Assembly: GCA_963770565.1 (NCBI GenBank)
Contig: CAVYQE010000002.1
Coordinates: 288,001-352,000, forward strand
Origin: an uncultured Actinomycetota bacterium
GTDB lineage: Bacteria; Actinomycetota; Actinomycetes; JAFAQI01
Direction: 5' to 3'
DNA length: 64,000 bases
In this document: one piece after another, positions 11,155 through 20,767 of the stretch
Numbering within the stretch: position 1 is the stretch's first letter
Layout: each line of letters opens with the position of its first letter
The notes under the pieces: generated by a model
The model's input: only the letters and a program-made list of their open reading frames with translations
Told to the model about the DNA's origin: nothing
The model's database searches: none
Translations under genes and position numbers: made by a program

Positions 11155-12495
11155 CTAGCTGCCGATGTCTTCCAGCATCTCGGTGACGAGGGCTGCGATC
11201 GGCGATCGTTCGGAGCGGGTCAGCGTGACGTGGGCAAACAACGGATGGCCCTTCAACGCCTCGATGACCGCAGCCACGCCATCGTGACGTCCCACCCGCA
11301 GATTGTCGCGCTGCGCGACATCGTGGGTGAGCACCACCCGCGAGTTTTGGCCGATCCGGGACAGGACGGTGAGCAGGACACCGCGTTCGAGCGACTGCGC
11401 CTCGTCGACGATCACGAAGGAGTCGTGCAGACTCCGGCCGCGGATATGGGTGAGCGGCATCACCTCGAGCAGGTCCCGATCGACGACTTCCTCGATCACG
11501 GTTTCGGGCACGACTGCACCCAAGGTGTCGAAGACCGCCTGTGCCCACGGCGTCATCTTCTCCGCTTCGCTGCCCGGCAGGTAGCCGAGCTCCTGCCCGC
11601 CGACCGGATAGAGCGGCCGGAAGACCAGCACCTTCCGGTGCTGCCGGCGCTCGAGCACGGCTTCGAGACCGGCACACAGCGCAAGCGCGGACTTGCCGGT
11701 CCCGGCCCGGCCACCCAGCGACACGATTCCGATCTCGGTGTCGAGCAACAGGTCCAGCGCGATCCGCTGCTCAGCGCTGCGTCCGTGCAGGCCGAACGCC
11801 TCACGGTCGCCACGGACGAGTTGCAGGGTCTTGTCCGGCGCGACCCGGGCAAGCGCGCTGCCCCGTTCGGAGAGCAACACCACGCCGGTGTGACAAGGAA
11901 GGTGGCGGGCCACCTCGAGGTCGAGACTGTCCGCGGCGTACAACGCGTCGACCTCGTCGCCTGAGACGTCGAGCTCGGCCATTCCGGTCCATCCGGTGGC
12001 CACCTGCTCGGCAAGGTATTCGTCGGCGACCAGGCCCATGCTCGCGGCCTTGATCCGCAGCGGGGTGTCCTTGCTGATCAGTACGACGTCGGTGCCTTCA
12101 GCCGCAAGGTTGGCGGCCACGGTAAGAATCCGGCTGTCGTTGTCGGCCAGCCGGTAGCCGGCCGGCAGCACGGACGAATCGCTGTGATTGAGCTCGACCC
12201 GCAGCGTGCCACCCGCGTCGTTGATCGGGACGGGTGTGTCGAGCCGGCCGTGCTGCACCCGAAGGTCGTCGAGCAGGTGCAGCGCCTGCCGGGCGAACCA
12301 GCCGAGCTCGGGGTGATGCCGCTTGGCTTCGAGTTCAGCGATCACGACGACCGGCAGAACGACATCGTGCTCGGCAAATCGATTGAGCGCGGACGGATCG
12401 GCGAGCAGCACGCTCGTGTCGAGGACGTAGACCCGCCGGCGCAACTTGCGCCGCTTGGTCGAGGGGGACACGGCGCTTGTCGCGGCTGGGGTCAC
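11155..12495 (-). CDS. PIN-PhoH protein (PhoH2-type RNase/ATPase)
   Basis: N-terminal PIN (VLDTSVLL...DSRIL...SKD), Walker [19 protein letters not shown]. Confidence 0.93.
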   Translation of the reverse strand: MTPAATSAVSPSTKRRKLRRRVYVLDTSVLLADPSALNRFAEHDVVLPVVVIAELEAKRHHPELGWFARQALHLLDDLRVQHGRLDTPVPINDAGGTLRVELNHSDSSVLPAGYRLADNDSRILTVAANLAAEGTDVVLISKDTPLRIKAASMGLVADEYLAEQVATGWTGMAELDVSGDEVDALYAADSLDLEVARHLPCHTGVVLLSERGSALARVAPDKTLQLVRGDREAFGLHGRSAEQRIALDLLLDTEIGIVSLGGRAGTGKSALALCAGLEAVLERRQHRKVLVFRPLYPVGGQELGYLPGSEAEKMTPWAQAVFDTLGAVVPETVIEEVVDRDLLEVMPLTHIRGRSLHDSFVIVDEAQSLERGVLLTVLSRIGQNSRVVLTHDVAQRDNLRVGRHDGVAAVIEALKGHPLFAHVTLTRSERSPIAALVTEMLEDIGS

Positions 12496-12629
12496 GAGGC
12501 CTCCGAGAACGCAGCCGGCACGGTGTCGACCGCCTCGGCCGACGCTACGTCGTGGTCCGTGTCCGCGCGGCGTACGACACGCAACGGTTGGGTGAAGGAA
12601 CGGCTCAGGCCGCGTCCGGGCCCAGCCGG

Positions 12630-13160
12630 TCAGTGCACGCGGAAGGACCGGACCTGGCCGGGCCGCCCGGCACGCCGGGCGCGATGCCCGTCCACCGATA
12701 TCCGGACGGCCCCGGCATTGCCCAGCCGTACGTCGAGACCGTGATGGCGGAACGTCACTCGCTGGCCGGGGTGCAGGATCCGTCGCAGCAGCAGATGTCC
12801 GTGGCGGGTGACCTGGATGTAGCAGTCGGCGCCGGCATCACGCACCACCAGCGCCGGCGGTGCCGGCCGATGTCGATGGGGTGTCCGCTTCGGCTTCGCG
12901 GTCGCCGGTGGCGCCGGGCTGGCCGGCGCAGCGGCGATCACTGGAGGGACGACCCGAGGAGTCCGCGGTGTCACTACCCCTGCGCTGCGCGGCGCCTGGC
13001 CCTGAGCGATGGCGTGGCCGAAGGCAACCCCGCCGACCGCGAGAACGGCGACCGCGGTCACGGTCGGGACGACCGCTCGCTGCCGCGACGGCGGCTTGCG
13101 GTGCCGGCCACGATGGCCATGCGAACGCACCGCGTGCTGCTTGCGATGACGTCCGGCCAT
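12630..13160 (-). CDS. Membrane-anchored protein with RodZ C-terminal-like (DUF4115) domain
   Basis: MAGRHRK basic N-terminus, TM helix, Pro-rich linker, CYIQV...[17 protein letters not shown]. Confidence 0.7.
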   Translation of the reverse strand: MAGRHRKQHAVRSHGHRGRHRKPPSRQRAVVPTVTAVAVLAVGGVAFGHAIAQGQAPRSAGVVTPRTPRVVPPVIAAAPASPAPPATAKPKRTPHRHRPAPPALVVRDAGADCYIQVTRHGHLLLRRILHPGQRVTFRHHGLDVRLGNAGAVRISVDGHRARRAGRPGQVRSFRVH

Positions 13161-13228
13161 GAATTCATCATCCCTTGCAGGACGCGAAAACCCTGGCAAC
13201 CAAGGCCGGTCGGGGAGTTGTCGACGGC

Positions 13229-14010
13229 TCAGGCGCCGTGCCGCCGCTCCCGTTGCGCGTATGAGCGCAGGGCGCGCAGGAAGTCGATCCGCCGGAAGTC
13301 CGGCCAGAGCGCGTCGCAGAAGTAGAACTCGGAGTGTGCGCTCTGCCACAGCAGGAACCCGCCGAGCCGCTGCTCTCCCGACGTACGGATCACCAGGTCG
13401 GGGTCCGGCTGGCCGCGGGTGTAGAGGTGGTCGGCGATGTGCTCGACGTCGAGCACGCCGGCCACCTCCTCGAGCGACGCGCCGCGCGAGGCGTGCTCCT
13501 GCAAGAGGCTGCGTACGGCGTCGGCGATCTCGCGCCGGCCGCCGTAGCCGATCGCGACGTTGACCACGATGCCGGTCTTGTCGCGGGTGGCCTCGTCGGC
13601 CTCCTTCAGCGCCCGCACGGTCGAGTCGCGCAGCAGGTCGAGCGAGCCGACCGGATGCACGCGCCACGGACGCTCGGGGGCGGCCAGATCAGTCACCGTG
13701 GCCTCGATGATGTCGAGCAGCGGCAACAGCTCCTCGGGCGGCCGGCTGAGGTTGTCACTCGACAGCAGCCAGAGCGTGACGACCTCGACGTGGGCGTCGC
13801 TGCACCACCCGAGCAGGTCGACGATGTGGTTCGCGCCGGCTGGTGCCCTTGACTGACGTTGCTGGCGCCGGACGCTCTGGCCCAGCGGCGGTTGCCGTCG
13901 AGGATGACGCCGACGTGGCGCGGGCGCGGGCCGTCTCCGAGCGACCGCTCGAGCCGGCGCTCATAGAGCCCGTAGATCGGCACGTACGCCCACCCGGCAG
14001 CCCTCCTCAC
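13229..14010 (-). pseudogene. cis-isoprenyl diphosphate synthase (UppS family) with a 1-nt frameshift near 13840; pseudogene or sequencing error
   Basis: [16 protein letters not shown] in one frame; [12 protein letters not shown]...[10 protein letters not shown]...NVAIGYGGRREI...PDLVIRTSGEQRLGGF in another; adding one G (cac cag [g]cc ggc) joins them. Confidence 0.85.
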
Positions 14011-14047
14011 GTGCAACGGTAGCCGCCACAACGTGTAGTAGGCGGAC

Positions 14048-15865
14048 CTATCCGAGTCGGGCGTTCAGAGTGTCGAGCTGCTCCCAGAGCAGGCCCGGGA
14101 GGTGATCACCGAACCGCTCGTAGTGCGGGCGGACGAGAGCGGCCTCTTCACGCCAGGCTTCGGGGTCGACCGAGAGCAGCACGTCGAGGGCGTCCGCGCT
14201 GATGTCGAGCCCGTCGAGGTCGAGCGACTCAACGGTCGGCACCCGGCCGATCGGGGTGTCAGCGGCGTCGGCGGTGCCGGCGATCCGGTCCGAGATCCAC
14301 TTCAGAACCCGGCTGTTCTCACCGAAGCCCGGCCAGACGTACTTGCCCTCGGCGTTCTTGCGGAACCAGTTGACGAAGTAGATCCGCGGCAGCTTGGCCG
14401 GGTCGGCCGACGCACCCAGCGTGAGCCAGTGCCCGAAGTAGTCGCCCATGTTGTAGCCGCAGAACGGCAGCATCGCGAACGGGTCCCGGCGAAGCTCGCC
14501 GATCTTGTTCTCTGCCGCCGCGGTGCCCTCGGAGGCGACGTTCGATGCGAGGAAGACGCCGTGCGCCCAGTCGAACGACTCGGTGACCAGCGGGACGCTC
14601 GTTGCGCGCCGGCCACCGAAGAGGATCGCGTCGATCGGCACGCCGGCCGGGTCTTCCCACTCGGGGGCAATCGTCGGGCACTGCGACGCGGGTGCGGTGA
14701 ATCGGGCGTTGGGGTGCGCGGCGGGTTCGCTCGACTCGGGCGTCCAGTCGTGGCCCTTCCAGTCGATGAGGTGCGCGGGCGGCGTGTCGGTCAAGCCCTC
14801 CCACCACACGTCGCCGTCGTCGGTCAGGGCGACATTCGTGAAGATGCAATTGGCGTTCAGCGTCGCGATCGCGTTGGCGTTGGTCGACTCGCCGGTGCCC
14901 GGTGCGACGCCGAAGAAACCGGCCTCGGGGTTGATCGCGCGCAGCCGCCCGTCATCACCGAAACGCATCCAGCAGATGTCGTCGCCGATGGTCTCGGCCT
15001 TCCAGCCTTCGAGGGTCGGCTGCAACATCGCCAGATTGGTCTTGCCGCACGCACTCGGAAACGCCGCCGCCAGGTAATGCACAGCGCCTTCGGGTGAGGT
15101 CAGCTTCACGATCAGCATGTGCTCGGCGAGCCAACCCTCGTCGCGGGCCATCACGCTCGCGATCCGCAGGGCGTAGCACTTCTTGCCGAGCAGCGCGTTG
15201 CCGCCGTACCCGGATCCGTAGGACCAGATCTCGCGGGTCTCCGGGTAGTGAACGATGTACTTCTCGGAATTGCAGGGCCAGGCGACATCGGCCTGTCCCT
15301 CGGCGAGCGGCGCACCGACCGAGTGCACGGCCGGCACGAAGAAGCCGTCCTCGCCCATCGCGTCGAGGGCGGCCTTGCCCATCCGGGTCATGATCTTCAT
15401 CGAGATGACGACGTACGGCGAGTCGGTGATCTCGACCCCCAACGCCGAGATCGGCGAGCCGAGCGGCCCCATGCAGAACGGGACGACATACATCGTGCGG
15501 CCGCGCATGCAGCCGGCAAACAATCCGTTCAGGGTCTGCCGCATCTCGGCCGGGTCGACCCAGTTGTTCGTCGGCCCGGCGTCGGCTTCGCGCTCGGAGC
15601 AGATGAAGGTCCGGCTCTCGACCCGGGCAACGTCGGCCGGGTCGGACTTGGCATAGAAGGAGTTCGGTCGCTTCTCGGCGTTGAGGCGGGTCAGCGTGCC
15701 TGCGGCTTCGAGCTGGCGGGTGATGCGGTCCCACTCCTCCTCGGATCCGTCGCACCACTCGACCCGGTCCGGGGTGGTCAGCGCCGCGATGTCGCGGACC
15801 CAGGCGGCGAGCCGGCCATGTTTGGTCGGCACGGCCTCGAGGCCGGGAATCGGGGCGGCAGCCAT
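14048..15865 (-). CDS. pckG: Phosphoenolpyruvate carboxykinase (GTP)
   Basis: [38 protein letters not shown]. Confidence 0.97.
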   Translation of the reverse strand: MAAAPIPGLEAVPTKHGRLAAWVRDIAALTTPDRVEWCDGSEEEWDRITRQLEAAGTLTRLNAEKRPNSFYAKSDPADVARVESRTFICSEREADAGPTNNWVDPAEMRQTLNGLFAGCMRGRTMYVVPFCMGPLGSPISALGVEITDSPYVVISMKIMTRMGKAALDAMGEDGFFVPAVHSVGAPLAEGQADVAWPCNSEKYIVHYPETREIWSYGSGYGGNALLGKKCYALRIASVMARDEGWLAEHMLIVKLTSPEGAVHYLAAAFPSACGKTNLAMLQPTLEGWKAETIGDDICWMRFGDDGRLRAINPEAGFFGVAPGTGESTNANAIATLNANCIFTNVALTDDGDVWWEGLTDTPPAHLIDWKGHDWTPESSEPAAHPNARFTAPASQCPTIAPEWEDPAGVPIDAILFGGRRATSVPLVTESFDWAHGVFLASNVASEGTAAAENKIGELRRDPFAMLPFCGYNMGDYFGHWLTLGASADPAKLPRIYFVNWFRKNAEGKYVWPGFGENSRVLKWISDRIAGTADAADTPIGRVPTVESLDLDGLDISADALDVLLSVDPEAWREEAALVRPHYERFGDHLPGLLWEQLDTLNARLG

Positions 15866-15988
15866 GACACTCTCCTCGGACGAGCCACGCGTCGAAAACG
15901 GTATGACGCGGAACGCATTGGCGCTGGAAGGACGCCAAGCATAACGCTTGTCCGGTATTTCCCGCTACGCGGGCCCTGCATCCACCGA

Positions 15989-16501
15989 TCAGCCCGCTGC
16001 GGCGTCCGGCCCCTGCTCGCGCAGCCGCTCGACGTCGCTGAGCGCTGCGCGAAGCTCGCCGAGCCACTCGCTGCTGTGCTGGCCGACCAGCCGCACACAC
16101 CAGGCCAGCGCGTGCGAGCGCGAGCGTGCGACGCCGGCGTCCACCAGGGTGTCGAGCACGATCCGCTCCGGCTGCCGCAACCTGGTCATCACCGGTACGG
16201 CGATCCGGGTGAACATCGTCTCGGTGTCACCGCAGCGGGCACCCCAGGCCACCTTGCGGGCAAAGCGGTGCTCGGCCTCGCGGGCGATCTGGATTCGCCG
16301 CTCGCGGGTGTCCTCGCGGAACCTCGCGATCCGCCCGGCCGCCGCCTCGGCCCGCGCCGCGTCATCGCCGTCGACCTCCGCGGGCGCCTCGAGCGTGCCG
16401 ACGACCACGATCTCGTCGCGGTCAACCGTCACCTCAGGTGCGGCGGTGAACCACTCGGCCGGTACTCGACCGGTGAACCATGCACTCACGTCTTCGGCCA
16501 T
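15989..16501 (-). CDS. Conserved actinobacterial hypothetical protein with RHH-like C-terminus
   Basis: WFTGRVPAEWF...VDRDEIVVVG...VPVMTRLRQPERIVLDTLVDAGVARSRSHALAWCV; host-like codon usage. Confidence 0.7.
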   Translation of the reverse strand: MAEDVSAWFTGRVPAEWFTAAPEVTVDRDEIVVVGTLEAPAEVDGDDAARAEAAAGRIARFREDTRERRIQIAREAEHRFARKVAWGARCGDTETMFTRIAVPVMTRLRQPERIVLDTLVDAGVARSRSHALAWCVRLVGQHSSEWLGELRAALSDVERLREQGPDAAAG

Positions 16502-16533
16502 CTGCAGCTCACCCACACTCTCGTTGTCCGCTG

Positions 16534-16561
16534 GATGATTACAGGTAATCATGTAATCATC
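16534..16561. promoter_or_regulatory. Palindromic operator GATGATTACA-GGTAATCA-TGTAATCATC
   Basis: Perfect 10-bp inverted repeat whose 8-bp spacer holds a third GTAATCA half-site; about 30 bp upstream of the 16501 start. Confidence 0.6.
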
Positions 16562-16590
16562 CCGGGGACCAGCCCGTTCGCCAAAGGCGA

Positions 16591-16672
16591 AAGCAATGTC
16601 ACATCGCCCAGCGCTCAGCGGGGGGATGTCACATTGCCCCCACGAAGTGCGGGGCAATGTGACATTGCTTGG
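16591..16672. repeat. REP/MITE-like triple-palindrome repeat, family A copy 1
   Basis: AAGCAATGTCACAT...ATGTCACATTGCCCC...GGGGCAATGTGACATTGCTTGG; matches copies at 53455 and 57288. Confidence 0.85.
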
Positions 16673-16692
16673 CCCGGAGCGGCGCTGAGGGA

Positions 16693-17277
16693 TCAGGGGC
16701 GCTGAGCGGGCGCCGGGTGGTAGCGCATGCCGTCCATCAGCAGCGCGACCAGCCGGCGGGCGTGGTCACGCCAGTCCTCGCGGTCGGTCGCGAGGCAGAT
16801 CCCGCTGACCGCCCGGAGCAGGTCCATCGGCTCGACGTCGTCGCGGATCGCGCTGGCGCGGACACCGGCATCGACGAGCCCCGTGACGGCGGCGGTCACC
16901 CGCCGGTGGGACTCCGCGAACAGCTCTGAGTCGGCGCCCACCACGGACTTCAGCGCGGCCGCCATCCCGCGCTTGGTCGCGACGTAGGCGACGAAGCGCT
17001 GGAGCCACTCCTCGAGTGCTTCGCCGGGCGGGCACTCGGTGGCCAGCTCGTCCGCGGACTCGCAGAGCAGCTCGACCTCATGCCGATAAACCGCTTCGAT
17101 CAGCGCGTCCCGAGTGGGAAAGTGTCGGTAGAGGGTGCCGATGCCAACGTCGGAGCGGCGGGCGATCTCCTCGAGCGGTACGTCGATTCCGCGCTCGAAG
17201 AACGCAGCCGCGGCCTCGGTCACGAGCCGGTCGTGATTGCGGCGGGCGTCGACGCGCATCGGTCGCGTCGTCACCAT
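16693..17277 (-). CDS. TetR-family transcriptional regulator
   Basis: MRVDARRNHDRL...LEEIARRSDVGIGTLYRHFPTRDAL. Confidence 0.92.
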   Translation of the reverse strand: MVTTRPMRVDARRNHDRLVTEAAAAFFERGIDVPLEEIARRSDVGIGTLYRHFPTRDALIEAVYRHEVELLCESADELATECPPGEALEEWLQRFVAYVATKRGMAAALKSVVGADSELFAESHRRVTAAVTGLVDAGVRASAIRDDVEPMDLLRAVSGICLATDREDWRDHARRLVALLMDGMRYHPAPAQRP

Positions 17278-17379
17278 CTCGGTCTCCTCACCGGCGGCCG
17301 TGGCCGCAGAAACGCCTGTGCACCGGAATTGTCACCGGTAGCGGGTTGACTGGCTGTGGAACCAGCCAAATAAATCAGC

Positions 17380-17427
17380 TTGCAACCGGAGGATGCCTCC
17401 GTTATAGTACCGGAGGAACCATCCGTT
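17380..17427 (+). promoter_or_regulatory. Sigma70-type promoter of the MFS gene overlapped by two TetR-like operators
   Basis: TTGCAA (17380-85), 17-bp spacer, TATAGT (17403-08); AACCGGAGGATGCCTCCGTT (17384-17403) and TACCGGAGGAACCATCCGTT (17408-27). Confidence 0.7.
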
Positions 17428-17476
17428 TTCATCGATCGTACTGCAGCGGGCAACCGTCTGCGTGGAAGAAGTAGTC

Positions 17477-19006
17477 GTGAGCATCGATTTCCGTACCTCT
17501 GCGGCCAGCCGCGAGCAGCTGCACCGCCGCCACCCCGGCCTGGTCCTCGCCGTGATCCTCACCGTTCAGCTCATGGTCGTGCTCGACGCGACCATCGTGA
17601 ACATCGCGCTGCCGCATATCCGGACCGCGCTGGGCTTCTCGACCGCCAACCTGTCCTGGGTCATCAACGCCTACACCCTGACCTTCGGCGGCCTGCTCTT
17701 GCTCGGGGCCCGAAGCGGCGACATCCTCGGGCGCCGCTCGACCTTCATCTGGGGCATCGCGCTGTTCACCGTGGCCTCCCTGCTCGGTGGGTTCTCGCAG
17801 AACCCCGCCGAGCTCCTGATCGCCCGCGCCGCCCAAGGCGTCGGCGGCGCGTTCGCCGCACCCTCAGCGCTGGCACTGCTCATGACCATGTTCACCGAGG
17901 GTCGCGAGCGGACCAGGGCGATCGGGCTCTACACCGCGGTGTCCGTCGGCGGAAGCGCTGTCGGGCTGCTCGCCGGCGGCGCCCTCACGCAGTGGGTGTC
18001 ATGGCGCTGGGTGCTGTTCGTCAACGTGCCGATCGGCATCGTGGTCGTCGCGCTCGCCCGGATGGTGATCCACGAGACGCCGCGACACAAGGGCGCCTTC
18101 GACCTGCTCGGCGCCCTCACCTCGACGCTCGGCATGGCCGCACTGGTCTATGGCTTCGTGCGCGCCGCCACCGGCGGCTGGACCGACCCCGACACGATCG
18201 CGTCCTTCGTCGGCGGCGTCGTCCTCCTGGTCTGGTTCGTGCTCACCGAGCGCCGGGCCGCGTCACCGATCACGCCACTGCGGTTGTTCGCGGATCGCAA
18301 CCGGGCCAGCTCCTACGTCGCCCGGCTGCTTCTGGTCGCCGGCATGATGGGGATGTTCTTCTTCCTCACCCAGTTCCTGCAGAACGTCCTCGGCTACAGC
18401 CCGATCCGCACCGGCCTGGCCTTCCTGCCGATCACCATCGTGTTGTTCGCGGCGTCGCAGGTGACCTCACGGGTGCTGATCGAGCGCTTCGGCCCGCGGC
18501 CGTTGATGATCGCTGGGGTCGCGATCTCCACCCTCGGCCTGCTCTGGATGACGCAGCTGTCAGCGGGCAGCTCGTACCCGTCGCTGCTCGGACCGCTGGT
18601 TCTGTTCGGCACCGGCAACGGCCTGTCCTTCGTGCCGCTCACCACCGCATCGCTGGCGGGCGTCGCTCCCGAGGACGCCGGCGCGGCCTCCGGCCTGGTC
18701 AACGTGATGCAACAGGTCGGTGGCTCGCTCGGGCTCGCCGTCCTGGTCACGGTCTTCGGGTCGGCCAGCCGGCACGCAGCGACCCATGCCGCCGCCGGGC
18801 TGAGCGCGGTCGCCCGAGCGAACCACGCGTACGTCGCCGGCGCCGACCGCGCGTTCCAGGTGTCGACCGCGTTGCTGTTCGCCACCTTGCTGATGGTGAT
18901 CTTCGCGATCCGCACCGAGACGACGCCGTCGTACCCGACGCTGGAAGAAGAGTTGATCGAGGAGCTGGAGACGGCCGGGTCGATCAGCGCAGTCGCGTCA
19001 GGTTGA
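17477..19006 (+). CDS. MFS drug efflux transporter (DHA2/EmrB-like, 14 TM)
   Basis: MVVLDATIVNIALP, WVINAYTLTFGGLLLLGARSGDILGRR, WRWVLFVNVPIG. Confidence 0.92.
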   Translation: MSIDFRTSAASREQLHRRHPGLVLAVILTVQLMVVLDATIVNIALPHIRTALGFSTANLSWVINAYTLTFGGLLLLGARSGDILGRRSTFIWGIALFTVASLLGGFSQNPAELLIARAAQGVGGAFAAPSALALLMTMFTEGRERTRAIGLYTAVSVGGSAVGLLAGGALTQWVSWRWVLFVNVPIGIVVVALARMVIHETPRHKGAFDLLGALTSTLGMAALVYGFVRAATGGWTDPDTIASFVGGVVLLVWFVLTERRAASPITPLRLFADRNRASSYVARLLLVAGMMGMFFFLTQFLQNVLGYSPIRTGLAFLPITIVLFAASQVTSRVLIERFGPRPLMIAGVAISTLGLLWMTQLSAGSSYPSLLGPLVLFGTGNGLSFVPLTTASLAGVAPEDAGAASGLVNVMQQVGGSLGLAVLVTVFGSASRHAATHAAAGLSAVARANHAYVAGADRAFQVSTALLFATLLMVIFAIRTETTPSYPTLEEELIEELETAGSISAVASG

Positions 19007-19829
19007 CCTCGACCTCCAGGGTGGCCTGGCCGCCGCCGGAGTGGACCCCGCGCAGCGGCGCGACATCGGCGTAGTCGCGCCCGCGGGCCACTCCGACGTG
19101 GCGGTGGCCGATCTCCTGGTGGTTGGTCGGATCGAAGCCCCACCAGTCACCCGTCCACGTCTCGATCCACGCGTGTGATTGGCCCTCGACCCGCTCGCCG
19201 ATCTCGGCGCCCTGCTGCGAGTGCAGGTAGCCGGAGACGTACCGCGCCGGGATCCCCATCGACCGGATCACGACGAGGGCGACGTGCGCGAAGTCCTGGC
19301 AGACCCCCAGCCGCGCTTGCCACGCCTGTGCCGCAGAGGTGTGAACGCCGGTGACCCCTGGCTGGTAGGTCAGCGACTCGTGCACCCACTCGGTTGCAGC
19401 GAGCACGGCGTCGACCGGGTCGTCATGCGCGGCCGCCAGCTCCCGCCCGCGTCCGGCCAGCTCATCGTCCTGCGCGGTGTACGGCGTCGCAGCCAGCAGC
19501 TCGGCATAGGTGTCGAGGACGTCGGCGGTCGCGAGATCCGGCCAGCGCATCCCCCGCGCCGGGTCGCCGGCGGCCTCGGTCTCGACCACCGCACCACTGC
19601 TCAGGACCAGCCGGTCATGCGGCTCGATGATGTCGAACGCGGTCACCTGGGTGCCCCAGTAGTCCCAGTAGCGGCGGACCTGGGCCGTCGGCTGCGTCGT
19701 GAAGCGCACGTTGACGGTCGACTGATGCAGGTCGGTGATCGGCGTCATCCGTGCCTCGTTGTACGACGACCGCACGGACGTCTCGTACTGGTACGTCGTG
19801 TGGTGTGCCACATCGAGTCGCCACGTCAC
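18984..19829 (-). CDS. Transglutaminase-like protein
   Basis: N-terminal HHTTYQY...NEARMTP; GVCQDFAH, ARYVSGY, SHAW, GFDPTN, GRDYADV. Confidence 0.92.
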   Translation of the reverse strand: MTWRLDVAHHTTYQYETSVRSSYNEARMTPITDLHQSTVNVRFTTQPTAQVRRYWDYWGTQVTAFDIIEPHDRLVLSSGAVVETEAAGDPARGMRWPDLATADVLDTYAELLAATPYTAQDDELAGRGRELAAAHDDPVDAVLAATEWVHESLTYQPGVTGVHTSAAQAWQARLGVCQDFAHVALVVIRSMGIPARYVSGYLHSQQGAEIGERVEGQSHAWIETWTGDWWGFDPTNHQEIGHRHVGVARGRDYADVAPLRGVHSGGGQATLEVEVNLTRLR

Positions 19830-20767
19830 GACGACCGCCCTGCGACCCACTCGACCGGCGCCGAAGCGCGGAAGAAGCGGTCGGACACCGCGCCGGTGAC
19901 CGCCGCGCAGGCCCGCTGGATCTCGTCGAGTCGTTCGGCGAGCCCGACCTCGATGTCAGCGGCCCGGGTGAACTCCAGGTCCGTCCGGGTCCGGCCGAGT
20001 GCGAGCAAACCGGCGTCGGCCACGCCGATCCGGGAGCTCGATGCCGGCACCAGCTCCGTCAACCGCCGCTCAGCCGTTGAGATCGCGGCATACACCGACC
20101 GCGGGAACAGCCGGTCCAGCAACAGGAACTCGGTCGCGTGGCGCGGGTCGAGACTGCCGCGATAGGTCCGGAGGAACGACTCGTATGCGCCGCAGCTGCG
20201 CAGCAGGGCGTTGCCGGAGTTCGAGGGGTCGACGACGACCTGATACAGCGACAACGCGCGCACGGTCATGTCGGCGCGCTCGAGGCTGCGACCGAGCACG
20301 AGGAACCGCCAGCCGTCGTCGTGGCTCATCGTGCCGTCGACGAGACCCGACACCAGCGCGGCGCGCTCCTTGACGAAGTTGAAGTACGTCGTCGGGCTTC
20401 CTCGACGGGCCCGGGCGCGCTGGGTCGGCAGCTCGTTGTGGGTGGTGTTGAGGCACAGCCACATCTCCGAGGAGATGACTTCGCGGACCGTCCGGGCGTT
20501 CTCCCGCGCACCTTCGAGCGAGCTCCACACCGGACTGCTGGTGTCGAAGGCGAGCCGATCGAGCACCAGGTCGGTGTCGAACGACCCTTCGTCGAGATCC
20601 TCGGTGATGCCGATCACCGACAGCAGCGTCCGGCAGGCCTCGACGTCGCTCGCCGAGGACTCCTCGAGCAGCAGGTTGACGGAAACCTCGAGCATCCGCG
20701 CGACATCCTCGGCCCGCTCGACCAGGCGGCCGATCCAGAACAGTGACTCCGCGACCCGGCTCAGCAT
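19826..20767 (-). CDS. Alpha-E domain protein (DUF403)
   Basis: MLSRVAESLFWIGRLVERAE, ARENARTVRE, GRSLERADM, FPRSV. Confidence 0.92.
   Translation of the reverse strand: MLSRVAESLFWIGRLVERAEDVARMLEVSVNLLLEESSASDVEACRTLLSVIGITEDLDEGSFDTDLVLDRLAFDTSSPVWSSLEGARENARTVREVISSEMWLCLNTTHNELPTQRARARRGSPTTYFNFVKERAALVSGLVDGTMSHDDGWRFLVLGRSLERADMTVRALSLYQVVVDPSNSGNALLRSCGAYESFLRTYRGSLDPRHATEFLLLDRLFPRSVYAAISTAERRLTELVPASSSRIGVADAGLLALGRTRTDLEFTRAADIEVGLAERLDEIQRACAAVTGAVSDRFFRASAPVEWVAGRSS

Noticed and set aside
13830-13850. Programmed frameshift in the prenyltransferase
   Set aside because: No slippery heptamer or homopolymer run; a simple 1-nt loss explains it.
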